The notes: generated by a model from the sequence alone, not told the origin. A DNA stretch of 63,173 nucleotides, filler included, from Reticulomyxa filosa (GCA_000512085.1; 13 parts of 13 records of this genome joined end to end with filler, not necessarily neighbours in it), one strand, 5' to 3'. Positions 23,701 to 37,041 are shown, counted from the first letter of the whole stretch. Numbers and translations are program-made.

Positions 23701-25616
23701 TTTTATTATGATCAAACAAAACTCTTTTTTTTTTATGATGTTTGCTTTGGCTTGGATAGTTGGCATTTACAATCATCCAGGAATTAGAAGCTGGCCAATT
23801 TGCGATATCTTTTGTTGATACAAAATTAGTTGAGAATATATTCATAAATTGTCAATATTAAATTGTCTTGTTTATTAGTGATTAGAATAAATGCAACCAT
23901 ACAACCAATAATTGTTAATTAACTAATTTACAGATATTATACTTGGGCAAAAATAAAGAGTGCTTATAATTGCTATTGCAATGGTTTTTCTGATTCCAAA
24001 AATTTTAATGACAGTATCAATCATAGCAATGACAGCATCAATAGCAACCTCGAAGATAATGTTACTGCAATTGCAAACATCAATTTTAATTTTAATGTCA
24101 AAATATTGGTTGAAAGCGAGTTGAGCATGCTCGGAGGTTATTTGTAAATTGTACTTGAATGTTCCGAGAAGTTCATTACTACCAACTGACACAAGTCGTT
24201 GGTACTGTAACAAAAAACTAACTCTTATCACAATCACAGCAAAGAAACAGCAACTACCACTGCAATAACAGCAATAAAAAAAAGAAAATGACACATTGAC
24301 ATCAGATGCAAGTATGAAACGAAAGATACTAATACATATGAAATTTAGAAGCTATTGCAGTCTATATGTGTTGAAGAACTAAATAAAATGGTATAATTAT
24401 ATTATTTGAATTGAAAAAATTATTGCTTCATTTGACAATAAGCATATCTTAAATTAATTTTTTTTATGACAAAAATAAAAAATAAAATTGAGTCATCCAA
24501 AACACATATTACAAAAGGAATGCATTACATGAGCAAATGCCAACGCAAAGCGGATGATATTAGTAGTGTATTCGACAACTGTTTCTTGGTACACCAGCGT
24601 TGTCATTGACAACTGTTTGTCATTGCATTTCTCAAAACAAACATATAAAATAAATTGATATTATAAATTTTTTTTTTTCACTTTGTAGTATTTGGGGAAT
24701 GTATGACTGATTCGATTGAAGGACTATCCATTTGTGTAAAGTAATTAGTTAAAACATTCATACAAACTAGGTTGACGTTATAGGTTGGATGCTGGTAGTA
24801 GTATTTTTTGTTTTACCAGACTTAACTTATTTTTTTCCTTCTAAGTTATTTGTTTAAAACTAATTCAGTTTTTACTAAATTAACGAATTAAATAAGTTGT
24901 GAGATTTGTGGGTATTTATTGTAACTATGACTTTTGAAACTATAATTGTAATAATTTGTTTAGAAATAAGAACAAAAAAATCAAATAACAATATAATAAT
25001 AAAATTTAACAAAGCAGACGCCGCAATCAAATCAAAATCAACTTTGCGGCAATGAAAGGCAGCACTTTGGAACAGTCCCAAGATTTGCCCCTGCGTTTTC
25101 AAAAAAGTAGTGTTTAATCTTCTTCAATCAACAGTTTTATGTACCATTGCAAATTCTCTTTCAGCAACTCTATTTTAGAATTTGTCCTTTTCTATATTAA
25201 AGCAAAATAAAACAATGAATTTAAACAGCCTTTATAATAAGTAATGAGCTTTCTTTTGTCAGCAGCCCAAAATTCAAAAAACACACAAAAGAAAAAAATT
25301 CCTTCAAAAAATGCTTTTCAATTGTGAAAACCTTTTATAAGGTATAAAATTTGCTTTTTTCATTAACAAAAAAAATCTTCAAATAAATTTTACTGATCAC
25401 ACTCGTCTTAGTTGTACTATTGGTGAACCTCTTTTTTACTTATCCTTCTGATCCATACAATGTAATACCATGACACTCGCCAATTGCATCCAAAACACCT
25501 TGTACGTCGTGCAGATTTCCATAACAATTGTAAAGATCGCTGAATTCAATCCAAACCACAAATAAATCAAATAACTTCTTGCGAGAAGCTACTTAACGAT
25601 ATAAATCTAAAAAAAA

Positions 25617-25680
25617 AATCAATTATTCAGTTGAATAATCAATTATTCTTTAAATAATCAATTATTCAGTTGAATAAATC
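25617..25680. repeat. Three tandem ~20-bp repeats
   Basis: AATCAATTATTCAGTTGAAT / AATCAATTATTCTTTAAAT / AATCAATTATTCAGTTGAAT. Confidence 0.85.
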
Positions 25681-25790
25681 AAAAAGAAAAAAGACAAAAA
25701 ATCAAAAGTAATAGTTTTTGTCTGGCGTCGTAGAACGACGCCAGATAAAAACTCTTACTTTTGCATTTTTTCCCTTTTTTTCTTTTTTTT
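25681..25790. repeat. Long inverted repeat (~50-bp arms, 3-nt loop)
   Basis: ..CAAAAGTAATAGTTTTTGTCTGGCGTCGT-AGA-ACGACGCCAGATAAAAACTCTTACTTTTG.. with A-rich and T-rich extensions. Confidence 0.9.
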
Positions 25791-26082
25791 AAAATTAATT
25801 TTGTATGCTTTTACTGACCATGCAATTGTTGCTTTTTTTTTTAATGTTTGTACTAATTAACTTGGTTCATATTTTGTACTGTTTCGTAAAATACAAATTA
25901 ACTGACTTTTCCACTCAACAAAATCTAAGCATACGAATTATTTATGTTTATGTTAAAAATAATAACAAAAAAGAAAGAATAGNNNNNNNNNNNNNNNNNN
26001 NNNNNNNNNNNNNNNNNNNNNNNNNNTTAATTAATTAANNNNNNNNNNNNNNNNNNNNNNNNNNNNNNNNNNNNNNNNNNNN

Positions 26083-26866
26083 TGTATATGTATATGTATA
26101 TGTATATGTTCTTAACAGTTGGTGTGATGGCATTGATACATAACATCCAATGGAGCACAATTGTGTTCAATTGCTCGGTCAGTTTTGACAATCGCATCAA
26201 ATATAATTTCAATACAATGCGATGCAGATAATACAAAAGTGTCGGAACAAACAAAAACCGAAATCGAGCAATCCACGAAGATATCTTTTCAATCACAGAC
26301 ATTTTTTGCAGGCTTTGGATGGTTTCTCGAATCCACTTCACCCATGTCGACAGCCATCGCTGCCACGGTATTGGCGTTTGTTTCCATGTTGTCATGTTTA
26401 ATTCAAGCTGCTCTATTTTATCATTGTTGTTCAAACTGTCAACACCAACTTAAACTATCCTCAAACATATTTTTTTAAGAAAAGTGGAAGGAGGAAGAGA
26501 AAAAAAAATGGACGCACATGTCCACACAACATGGCACTTAGGGAAAGAATTTTCGGAAAAATTCACAAAAAAAAAAAAAATATGTGCACTATAAAATACA
26601 CGAAAAAAAAAAAAACAAACAAACTTGGAAGGGCCTGAAGGATATAAGATGACAAGCGAGAACCAATGAACAATATGAACATAATAGGTTTTTGAAACGG
26701 AGCAGTTAAGATATACAATGCACTAAATCCGGTGATAACCCAAACTAATTTATTCTTTGATTCCAATTGCATCATTGCGTTATTTGTTATTCAAAAGCCA
26801 CACCAATGGCATTTATTAAAACCAAAGTATTTATTTGTTACACACATAACAAATAAATACATATAC

Positions 26867-26911
<45 letters not shown>

Positions 26912-28012
26912 GTACTTATTTATTGAATTTGTTTAAAAAAAAAAAAAAAAAAAATAGATAACTTTTTTCACGAAATCAGTAAAGTATGCGATTTGACCGA
27001 TTTGAATTAAACATCGTTCTGCATCGCTCAAAGTACCGGATAAAATGTCCAACAAGGACACAATTCCGCCGGGATGCCTCCATGAAATGTTTTTGCTTCC
27101 ACAAGGAGAGATCGCCGCCACTCACGTTTGGCTGTGTGGACACATTGGACGGAAAGAGCAGAGAGGATTGTCCAGAGAACAAGGTTTGCGATTGTCCCTG
27201 ATTGGCATTGTCGAGCAATTGCATTTGCGGCGATTGCGTGCGACTGATGATGCCTCCAGGATTGGCTCGTAAGCTGGAAGCCTTTTCTGACAGCAGGCCT
27301 CCAGGACTGGATGGGTCGGTCATTCTTCGTATGGCGGGCATTTCCATCGGAGATGCGGTGGTCTTGGTCAATGCAGTTTTCTATTCATTTTTGTTGTTAT
27401 TGTATTTAGTGGGGATTGAACAATCGAAAGAAGAAATAAATAAATAAAAAAGACAAAAGTTAGAACTTGGTTGGGAGTAACTCGTTGTATCTCTGGTCTT
27501 GTTTTCGAAGTTTTGACCAATTCTTCCACATCTCTTTCTCTTTGTCGATATTCGTCTGGTTCCATCGCTCCTGTTGGTTCGGCTTGTGCATCAGCTTTCG
27601 ACTTCACGTGTTTGGGCGAGCCCTCGTTTGCAGAAGGGTCGTTGACAGCGACGCCCACATGTTCGGAGGGTTGAAAGCTGTCAATAGTTTGGATGACGTT
27701 AGCACCTTCCTTTGCGGTGCGCGGCCCAGCAGCTCTCTCTTCCAACATCACCGGAGCCGGAACATTCTGCGGGCTCGCAGTGAGCCACATCGGGGTATTG
27801 CTATTACTATTACTATTCCAAAACAGAGGGGCGTTGATCGCCGCTCCGGTCGCGGGCGGCAAACTGCTGACTTCACTGATATCACGGACAAGGGTTCCGA
27901 GGCCGCTTGGTTCCAGGATCGGTCCTCTCCCCTTCACATCACCCCCGAGCCCGTCCTTCAGAGGATTATCACGACGTACACGTTCGCCATAGCTGTATAT
28001 TGCGCGCTCCAT
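26083..28012 (-). CDS. Multi-exon hypothetical protein (disordered N-terminal part, hydrophobic C-terminal segments); partial
   Basis: GC-rich collinear minus-strand ORFs 27368-28012, 26976-27371, 26563-26775 and 26083-26434 separated by poly-T/TA introns. No family recognised; frame joins near 27000-26800 are unresolved. Confidence 0.6.
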
Positions 28013-28082
28013 TACTGCCTATCCAACCAATTTTTGTTTTTCAAAAGTTGTTTAAAAAAAAAAAGGGGGGGGATAAGTGTTT

Positions 28083-28121
<39 letters not shown>

Positions 28122-28329
28122 NNNNNNNNNNNNNNNNNNNNNNNNNNNNNNNNNNNNNNNNNNNNTTAATTAATTAANNNNNNNNNNNNNNNNNNNNNNN
28201 NNNNNNNNNNNNNNNNNNNNNGTGTGGATGGATGAACAATTACTTTATATAATTTATGAAGATATATAATGTATTTACATAAAACTACTGAAAAAAAAAA
28301 TAATCCAAATATGAATTAGATTCAATATC

Positions 28330-28755
28330 TTTATTTTCTTAACTTTATAAATTTAAGACAACATATTTCCATGAATCACAATATAATTCTTTTTTATTTA
28401 ATCGAATTGATCCAGAATATATTACAAATTTCAATATTATTCAACAGACCATACAAAATGTATATATTTATTAAATAATTGAACATATATTGATGATGAA
28501 ATATGTAAATAAGAGATAATAATCATTTATTATCCAAAAAATAATATTATATTTTAAATATATTAAACATGATAAAGGATTATCAATTGAATATAATAAA
28601 GATAACAAATCATTTAATTTTATTCTTTGATGGGATATTGTTATGAATGTAATAATGATATATTTTTTAAATTCAAATCCATTAGAAAATTGTATATCAT
28701 TGAAGGACGTCATGATTGTATTACAAAAAGTGCGTATATGGGATACTTTACACAA
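28330..28755 (+). pseudogene. Heavily deleted Kelch-family remnant
   Basis: Ordered fragments FHESQ, ILMMKYV, KGLSIEYNKDNKSFN, SNPLENCI, IIEG, KVRIWD correspond to motifs spread along Kelch ORF 12397-13581. Confidence 0.65.
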
Positions 28756-28884
28756 ATAAATTTAATTAATTAATAATGAAATAAAATTTATTGATAATTT
28801 TTGATCAAATTATTTTTTTAAAGAAGATAAAATGTTTATGATTGCATACAATTTATTTTTATTAAAAAATTCATTTATATAAGT

Positions 28885-30010
28885 TCATCCCCCAAACATG
28901 AATGGGACCTTTATATGAACAATAATACAAATTAACACCATAATTATCCTTTGTTTTTTCTTTCTTATTTAATAATATAAATTTAAGACATGTAATTCCA
29001 TTTCCTTTTTTATCTCCTTTGATCACATATCCCAAAAACGAATTGTATTATCTGCTGATCCAGAACATATTACTTTAGAATTATCACTAATTTCGATATT
29101 TTTCACAATAAATGGTGAATAGTCAATAGAATTCACATAATCAGTATGTCCGTTAAACACTTGAATTTGTTGACCAGATTGAATATCCCACAAACGAATA
29201 CTTTTATCATTTGATCCAGATAATATTGTATTTCTTAATTCATTTGATCTATATTTTACATTTTTCACTATATCTTCATGTCCTTTAAATGCAATCAATT
29301 CTTTAGTTGTTTCAATATCCCATATACGAATTGTAGTATCTCATGATCCAGAACAAATAGTATAACCATTACCACCAATATTATTATTGTTGTTATTACT
29401 TTGTAATGGAGAAATATCAATACACCAAACTGGTCTTGTATGTCCCTTCAAAAATATGTAATGATTTTGATGTTTCAACATCCCATAAACGAATTGTATT
29501 GTCACATGATCCAGAACATAAATATCGATCATTATTAAATAATGAAAATTCAATACCATAAACACAATTAGAATGTCCATTGAATGATTGTAATTTTTGA
29601 TTATGTTTAATATCCAAAAAATGAATAATTCTATCATCTGATGAAAAATAAATCACATAACTATGATTGTTATGATAATGATATTGAGAAAATTTCACAT
29701 AATATACAAGAGAGAAATGGTCATTGAATAATTGAATTTGTTTATTGTTATTAACATCCCATATACGAATTGTATTATCTTTTGATCCAGAACAAATATA
29801 TTGATTATCATCAAATGTTGAATAATCAATACTCCACACACGATCAATGTGTCCAATAAATGTATTGAATAACTTAGATGATGAAAGAAATGTATCAAGC
29901 ATAAAGATTATATTTATCTATATTAAATTTGTAATTATGAATATTATAAATAAATATCATTTATGATTAAATGAAAAGAAACATAACATAATTAATAACA
30001 ATTCTTCTTC
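28885..30010 (-). pseudogene. WD40 pseudogene (paralog of 5437-6800), frameshifted, cassette core deleted
   Basis: MLDTFLSSSKLFNTFIGH.. across ORFs 29417-29902, 29341-29637 and 29023-29298 in different frames, with a TGA in TICSGS*DTTIRIWD. Confidence 0.85.
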
Positions 30011-32243
30011 TGTTGATAAATTTATCTAAAAGCACATTTAAAAAGACAATTAATTTTTATGAAGAAGTAGGATTGGGAAAAAGAAACTTACTTTTTTACT
30101 GAGAGGATTATCCGAGTTAATCTAAAAGAACTTGTTATCTTACTTTTGTTGATATGTTATTAAAATTATTATTATTATTATTATTTGAAAAGCACTTATT
30201 TTAAAATTATAAGTTAAAGTGATGTATTTTCATTTTACTTATAATTTAGTAAATATCCAATAATTTAAAAATAAATAAAGTAAATGGATAATAATAAATA
30301 ATTATTAAGATAGGNNNNNNNNNNNNNNNNNNNNNNNNNNNNNNNNNNNNNNNNNNNNTTAATTAATTAANNNNNNNNNNNNNNNNNNNNNNNNNNNNNN
30401 NNNNNNNNNNNNNNAAAAAAACAAATCCAATGATGGTATGGCCTTGGAATACTTTTTTCCTTCTTCTTTATCGTCATCAGTCTCATCTTCATCTTCTTGT
30501 TAACTGACGACCTTTGGCTTGAGTATCATTCACCAAATTGGAGTCACAATAACATCGGGAGAATGGTTCCATGTGAAAATGGCTTATTCGATCGCAATAT
30601 GTGATTGTTTCGCACCTAATTTTTCTTTTTCTTCCATTTTTTTCCATTTTTTCAATGAACCCAGCCGCTGTTGTGGGATACATTGATGTCGATATCGTTT
30701 TTATTTTGCGCGATATTTTCACATTTTTCTTTCTGGTTCTTGATGCTGCCCGGCTACGAAAGCAAGCTTACCAAACAGAAAGATTGTCCAATGCCGTCAT
30801 ATGATGGATATTTTCGAAATACGAAATTCATCCAATCTTGTCGCCCTTATGATGAGGGATACATATTTGCGTTGGATAATGGTCGTTCTTAGAAATTTCT
30901 GCATTCATCATCATGCTTCCATTCGATAATATTTGAATTGGCGCTTAAATGATGAAGGGAGTGTACAATTCATAATTCTTTCTTCATTATTGGACGTATT
31001 CGTTCCTTGATGTTATTAAGTGCCATGTTTCAACGATTTTTGATCACTACGCGATTCAAAATGTAAAACCACGTCGACTCGAATCCAACTCAAATTGGCG
31101 ACCTGCGCTTTATTTTTCTCCAAGTGTTGGGATAATGCAACCAATACAGGGTATTGTGTCGCATCCAACACGCCGTTCGTAGTTCATAGTCAATTCGGAG
31201 ACTATCACTGCAAGAGTCACGTACCTTGCTTCTGTCGAATAAACGCCGATAACCTTTGCCGAACTGGGTCAGAAAATGCAAGTAGTGCTATCTCTCTATC
31301 TTTTCACTCATTAATGTTTATGTTACTAGTGAGTTCACCATTCCTCCCATCAGCAGCACACTCACCATTCGAAATCCAAAGTTGCGAACGTGCGCACGCA
31401 CACGACCAGTTCGACACGAGTAGTTAGCAATATTTTTATAACAATATTGTGCATTGTAGCCGATAGATCGCAGTTTGACGCATGTCTGGAAACGCAAAGT
31501 CTCCACCCGCAGGCGTGAAGATCCTAATAACCAAACTCAGCAAATCTGAAAGACGAATTTATTTGTTTGTTTTTTTTAAGATCCTACGCGATATAATTAT
31601 CCTATTTCTTCTCTTTGTCATCACACTAAATCTTTTTTTTCTTGATCGCTAATGTGTTGACGGAGTTTCGCACAACTCCTCCACTGAATTGAACCAACCT
31701 CACATTGAACGATTTTCCTGATATTGTTGTTTTCTCGATCACCATTAGTGGACATTTTTTAACAACTCCATCACCTTCCACTTCTTCTCTGCCACCTTGC
31801 AACGCCACAATGTCAGTATCGTTTCTACTTTTCGCGTATTACAATTTCTTTTTTTTCTTCTTGGTGAGCTTGCTTTCGTTTGGCGGCACCAAGACTTGAT
31901 TGTCTGTGATTAGTCTGGGAAATCTTATCCACGAGGCTGATGGACTTCGTACTTGAAAAACATCATCGCCCTTGTAATGAGAGACACAGTTTGCGCGGGT
32001 TTTTCCAGTATATTCAAAGTTTCAATTGGCGATCGAACTAGTGAGGAAGTACCATTCTTATTTTTTTTTTTCTTTCATTCTTGGGCGTATTCGTTGCTAA
32101 TATCGGCATATACACGATCCAAACTCCAAAGTTGCGGATGTGCNNNNNNNNNNNNNNNNNNNNNNNNNNNNNNNNNNNNNNNNNNNNTTAATTAATTAAN
32201 NNNNNNNNNNNNNNNNNNNNNNNNNNNNNNNNNNNNNNNNNNN

Positions 32244-32679
32244 GCGAAAAGAGAGGAAGTCGATGAATTGTGCGGAAAGGGGAAAAACAATAATAACAAT
32301 GATAATAAGTGTTTATTCTTTTTTTTTTTTTTTTTTGCTGTTGAACAGTGGACGGTCAACCTCACCATGTTTGGCTCCATTGCACTGCCATGAGCAAAGC
32401 AAAGTGCATTGCAGTGTGACCCCACAACCTCCGTTGCCACACCAATGGCATGGAGCTGCTACTGCCATTGCAAATGGCCCTGCTTCCAACGATGCAATGA
32501 CCCGTGGCCACACTTTCAATCAAACACCAAAACATCAACTAGTCAAAAATACGTATACAACTCCGCAATGTCGTCTGCAACCACTCATCCAATCACATGC
32601 GCATACGTATACACACTTGCCCGATCGTCATCATGCTAACGGCGCCAAAACCACTCCACTTAGGCCAACTGCGGGTTAA
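32244..32679 (+). CDS. 3' fragment of an unknown gene (low-complexity C-terminus)
   Basis: RKEEVDELCGKGKNNNNNDN, a phase-2 poly-T intron (~32309-32348), then GRSTSPCLAP..RPTAG*. Confidence 0.4.
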
Positions 32680-33922
32680 GAGCAAAAAAAAAAAAAAAAA
32701 TAAACACTTTTTTTTCTTTCTCTTTTGTCACACAAAAATCCATATTGAATATTGTTGCTTGGAACAGCTGCTAACCACAAAAAGATGCAATCTGACTGAA
32801 TTGGCTGAAGGACTGAAGCACCACTTCATCTTTTCCTTTTTTTCTTTTTTGAAAAACTAAATAACAATAAAAAAAAACTAAGTATTTTTTTGATCATCTT
32901 TTTTTATCACCAGAAATGAAGAGGTGCACAAACCAAAAGTTAACCAATAAGAAAATGCTTTTTTTTTCTACATCCATTTTGCCTTCTTTTTTATTTTATT
33001 AATATTTTAATCAAAAAAAAACTGTCATTATTTTTCTTCTTTTCGTGCCTTTTATGTTTTTTGCTCTGTTTTGTCGCTGATTTCTTTTCATATTTTTATT
33101 TCTTTCGTTTCTTTTTCATGCATTGTTTGAGTGATACACTTTTTTTTTCGTTTTCGTTGTTGATTGAGAATTATTTTTTCGCCCTTTTACAATTGAATAA
33201 GTTGTTACGTTTGAAAAAGACAACTTCAGCGTAACCTTTGCATGATGGTCGCTATACCTTTTTAGTTTTAGGTAAAAAAAATGTTGGTGCTTCATCTTAT
33301 TGTCTTTGCACATTTCGTATTGTGAGCACACATAGACGCAAATAAGTTATGATCAAGTTAATTCTCAACCTTATGAACGTTTTATTGAAAATTAGCTAAT
33401 TATCTTTCAGCTGACTATATTGAGTAAACAATCACTTATAACATCTTGAAGTACTAACAATCAACAGCATACCCAAAACTGATCAAGACGTAGTCTAAGG
33501 CTAGCATGAATATAATTAACGCAAACACTAAAAATATTTTAAACTTCCAAGTCGCGAAATTTCGCGATTTTTAAATTTCCAATTGCAAATCACCACCTAT
33601 TTATTACAAAGGATTGCCATTTGTTTTTATTTTCTCTATTGTTCGCAAAGTCGACAACATGTTTACAGTACAACACAAAATAAAAGTCTTTTTTCTTTTC
33701 CACAAATTTTTGAAGGTTTATTATGACATTTTCTATCAGATAACGGTCTTACAATTCTCATGCTTTTCAACCTAACAATATCATCAAACAAACAAAAAAC
33801 GTAAATTAAAAGATGAACACTTNNNNNNNNNNNNNNNNNNNNNNNNNNNNNNNNNNNNNNNNNNNNTTAATTAATTAANNNNNNNNNNNNNNNNNNNNNN
33901 NNNNNNNNNNNNNNNNNNNNNN

Positions 33923-35453
33923 TATCTGCCATCATTAAATGGTGAAAATTCAATACTACAAACACAGTCAGTGTGTTCATTGAATACTTGCAATTGTTGA
34001 TTATGTTTGAAATCCCAAAAACGAATAGTTTTATCACCAGATGAAGAGCAAATGACATTACGATGATGATTATGATAATAATATTGCGAAAATTTCACAC
34101 AATACACACCACGTGAATGTCCATCGAAGGATCGAATTTGTTTGTTTTTGCCTATATTCCATACACGAACTGTTTGATCACTTGATCCAGAACAAATGAA
34201 TTGACCATTACCAAATGTTGAATAATCAATACTATTCACACATTCTGTATGTCTATTGAATGTATTGATTAATTTAGATGATGAATTATGTTTGGATCGT
34301 GGTAATTGATTGTTGTAAACATTTTCTTTTTTATCTTCATTATTATGAACATTCATTTGATTTTTTGATGGGATATCTTTTTTGAATTTTTCAATTTCGA
34401 TGTTTAAATTATTCTGATATATGTAATGAGCGATTTATTTGTTTGAAATGGAAATAAAAAAACAAAGCATACCAGTTGCTGTTTTAAGACTAGATTTTTA
34501 TAATTTATTTTTGAAATTTCTTCGTTTTGTTTTTTTTCATTCCATTCTTTTTCTGATTTCAATTGTTTAATCTCATTCTATTTTTGTTATTTCAATGCAA
34601 GCATACGGACATATATTGACATATATATTTTTGGTAATCCTTACATTGAATTTCGCAATTTTTTTGCAATGTTCATCATTGTTGTTTTTCAATAATTCTT
34701 CCAATTTGGTGATGCGAATGTCAAATGCACTTTGACATTGTTTAAGTTGTTGAATTTGTTGATTTTTTTCGTTATCATTTTCTTTCAACTTTTCAATTTC
34801 TGTATTACTTTTCAAATGCATTTTCTTTAATTCATCCTTTTTTTTTTTTGTTGATTTGTTAATTGAAATTACTAGGAAAAAAAAAAAAAAAAGAAATATA
34901 ATGACAAAACAGTTTGTAATTTTTCAGCTTGCAATTGCGATTGTAGGTTTTTGATCAATGAAATAATATGTTGAATTGAAATGAATCGACATGAATTGTC
35001 CAAATGATCTTTCATTTCACTTATTTTTCCTTTGTAATTGCATTCATTTTCGCAATATTCTTTTATTCCTTCTCTTAATTGTCTTTGCTTCAAATCATAT
35101 TGTCGAGGACATATAACCAATAAATCTAAAACTTGTTGTCTTGAGGATTTACTCTTCACAAATTCACAATTATCGTGTTGTTGAATTGGACATTTTCCAT
35201 TGCTTTGTTTCAAATAGATTTGCAAACACTCTTCTCCAATCAAATACACTTGTCCTGCATTTTCATGCTTATCACAATGCAATTCCACTGCATTGTTTGC
35301 AATTTCTTTGCAAATGAAGCAGGTTAAATTATTTAATTTCTGTGGCTTGTTTGTTAACAAAAGCCAGTCTTTGTTATAACAACCAAAAATGGAAAATGTT
35401 TCTTTTTCATTTTCCAACTTTTTTTCAGCTCTTTCCACATTCAAGGCCAACAT
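33923..35453 (-). CDS. RING-like/TRAF-type zinc finger + coiled coil + WD40 protein (TRAF7-like layout); 3' truncated
   Basis: CFICKEIANNAVELHCDKH..IGEECLQIYLKQSNGKCPIQQH..VICPRQY..CNYKGKISEMKDHLDNSC; coiled-coil exons ~34840-34350 with GT-AG introns; then SSSKLINTFNRH.. WD repeats. Confidence 0.8.
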
Positions 35454-36273
35454 TATCCTTTTTTTTATTATGATGAAGAGTTTTTTTCCTCAAAAAAAAA
35501 AGTTGTGTTTAAAAAAGGGACAACATGAAACTCTATTTTCATTGATTTTTTGTAACTTTGAAAAAAAGTCAATGAAAACAACGTCAAAAATTCAATCTCG
35601 CTTTGTTATTTCAAATTAATGATAAATTGATATTATGGCACAATGAGAAGTATATACAGTTACATAAAAATAATAAAACAAAAACTATGATCACTCTAGA
35701 ATTATCAATGTAAATATTAGTAATTGTGATAAAAATGTAAATTTATTTGGATTTATTATTATGTATTTTTATTGCAATTACCCCTTGAAAATAATAATAA
35801 AGACAATTATTTGTAAAAGTTTTCCAACTACTTCAAAAATTAAATCCTCAACACAAGGGAGATCATCATCAGTTATCAATTTTCTGAGTTACAGTAAAGA
35901 TCACATAGCTGTCCTTTGTTACATTGTTTCCTCAGCATCATTACAACAATATACAAAAAAAAAGAATGTAAAAGTATTCAGTCTTTTTCTGGATACTTAT
36001 AAACCTTATCCAACACTGGCCCATTGCAGCCTTCGTTTTTGTTTTGAAGCCAATATTCAAATGTAATTGATTGCACAATGAGATTGTGAATTTTTATTTT
36101 TTTATGTGCAAGAGTTGTAAGAAGAAAATATCACAAATATAATTATTATGACATTTAATTCATTAATTTGTATTTACTTTATAATACTGACAATCATCAA
36201 TGTATTGTTTTAGACAATATTCTCCGGCCATCAGTGGATTATTTGCAATAAGATTGCAAATCAAAAAAATAAC

Positions 36274-36351
36274 ATGATCCAGCATTGGATCCGAATATTA
36301 AACATTAAATTAGGATTGATAAATGATTTTGATAAACTGATTGCTGATTAT
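36274..36351 (+). pseudogene. Isolated copy of the 33-aa cassette
   Basis: MIQHWIRILNIKLGLINDFDKLIADY followed by GT at 36352. Confidence 0.8.
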
Positions 36352-36602
36352 GTATTTAACATTGAATTGAATGTAAAATATGTATGATATTTAAATCAAT
36401 ATATTTACTGAAATTTTTATAAAATAATGGATTAAAGATAATAATAAAAAATATTTAAAATTAATTTCTTCCTAATTGGCGCATTATATATTCATTGAAA
36501 AGNNNNNNNNNNNNNNNNNNNNNNNNNNNNNNNNNNNNNNNNNNNNTTAATTAATTAANNNNNNNNNNNNNNNNNNNNNNNNNNNNNNNNNNNNNNNNNN
36601 NN

Positions 36603-37004
36603 CTTGTGAGTGTAAGCGTAGCGGGAATACTGTTTGCTTTGAACATGCAGGCATATTTAATGTTGTATGGATTGAATTGGGATAAGACACACCAAAGACT
36701 AATCGAGATCATGTTTTTCCAAGGGCAAGGCCCGGTATTACTATACCTTCTGGTTGAATTCTTTTTAATTCGAATAGGCCTCATTGTATTTGAAATGAAG
36801 TACACCACATACTCATTCCGAGAAAAATGGAAATCTTACGTCACAACGAATAGTGATCAAGAGGTATCCAACTGGTATATTCGTTGGTTCCCAAAACTCC
36901 GGTCATTATCATGGATGGCAGTATACGTATTTTTCCCGACATACATCAGTGCCATCTTTGTTCACATGTATACGTATACGTATACATATATGTATATGTA
37001 TATG

Positions 37005-37041
<37 letters not shown>

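Noticed and set aside
33549-33570. Short palindrome TCGCGAAATTTCGCGA (similarly AAGACGTAA-TAT-TTACGTCTT near 14434-14454)
   Set aside because: Too short and isolated to assign a function without copy-number data.
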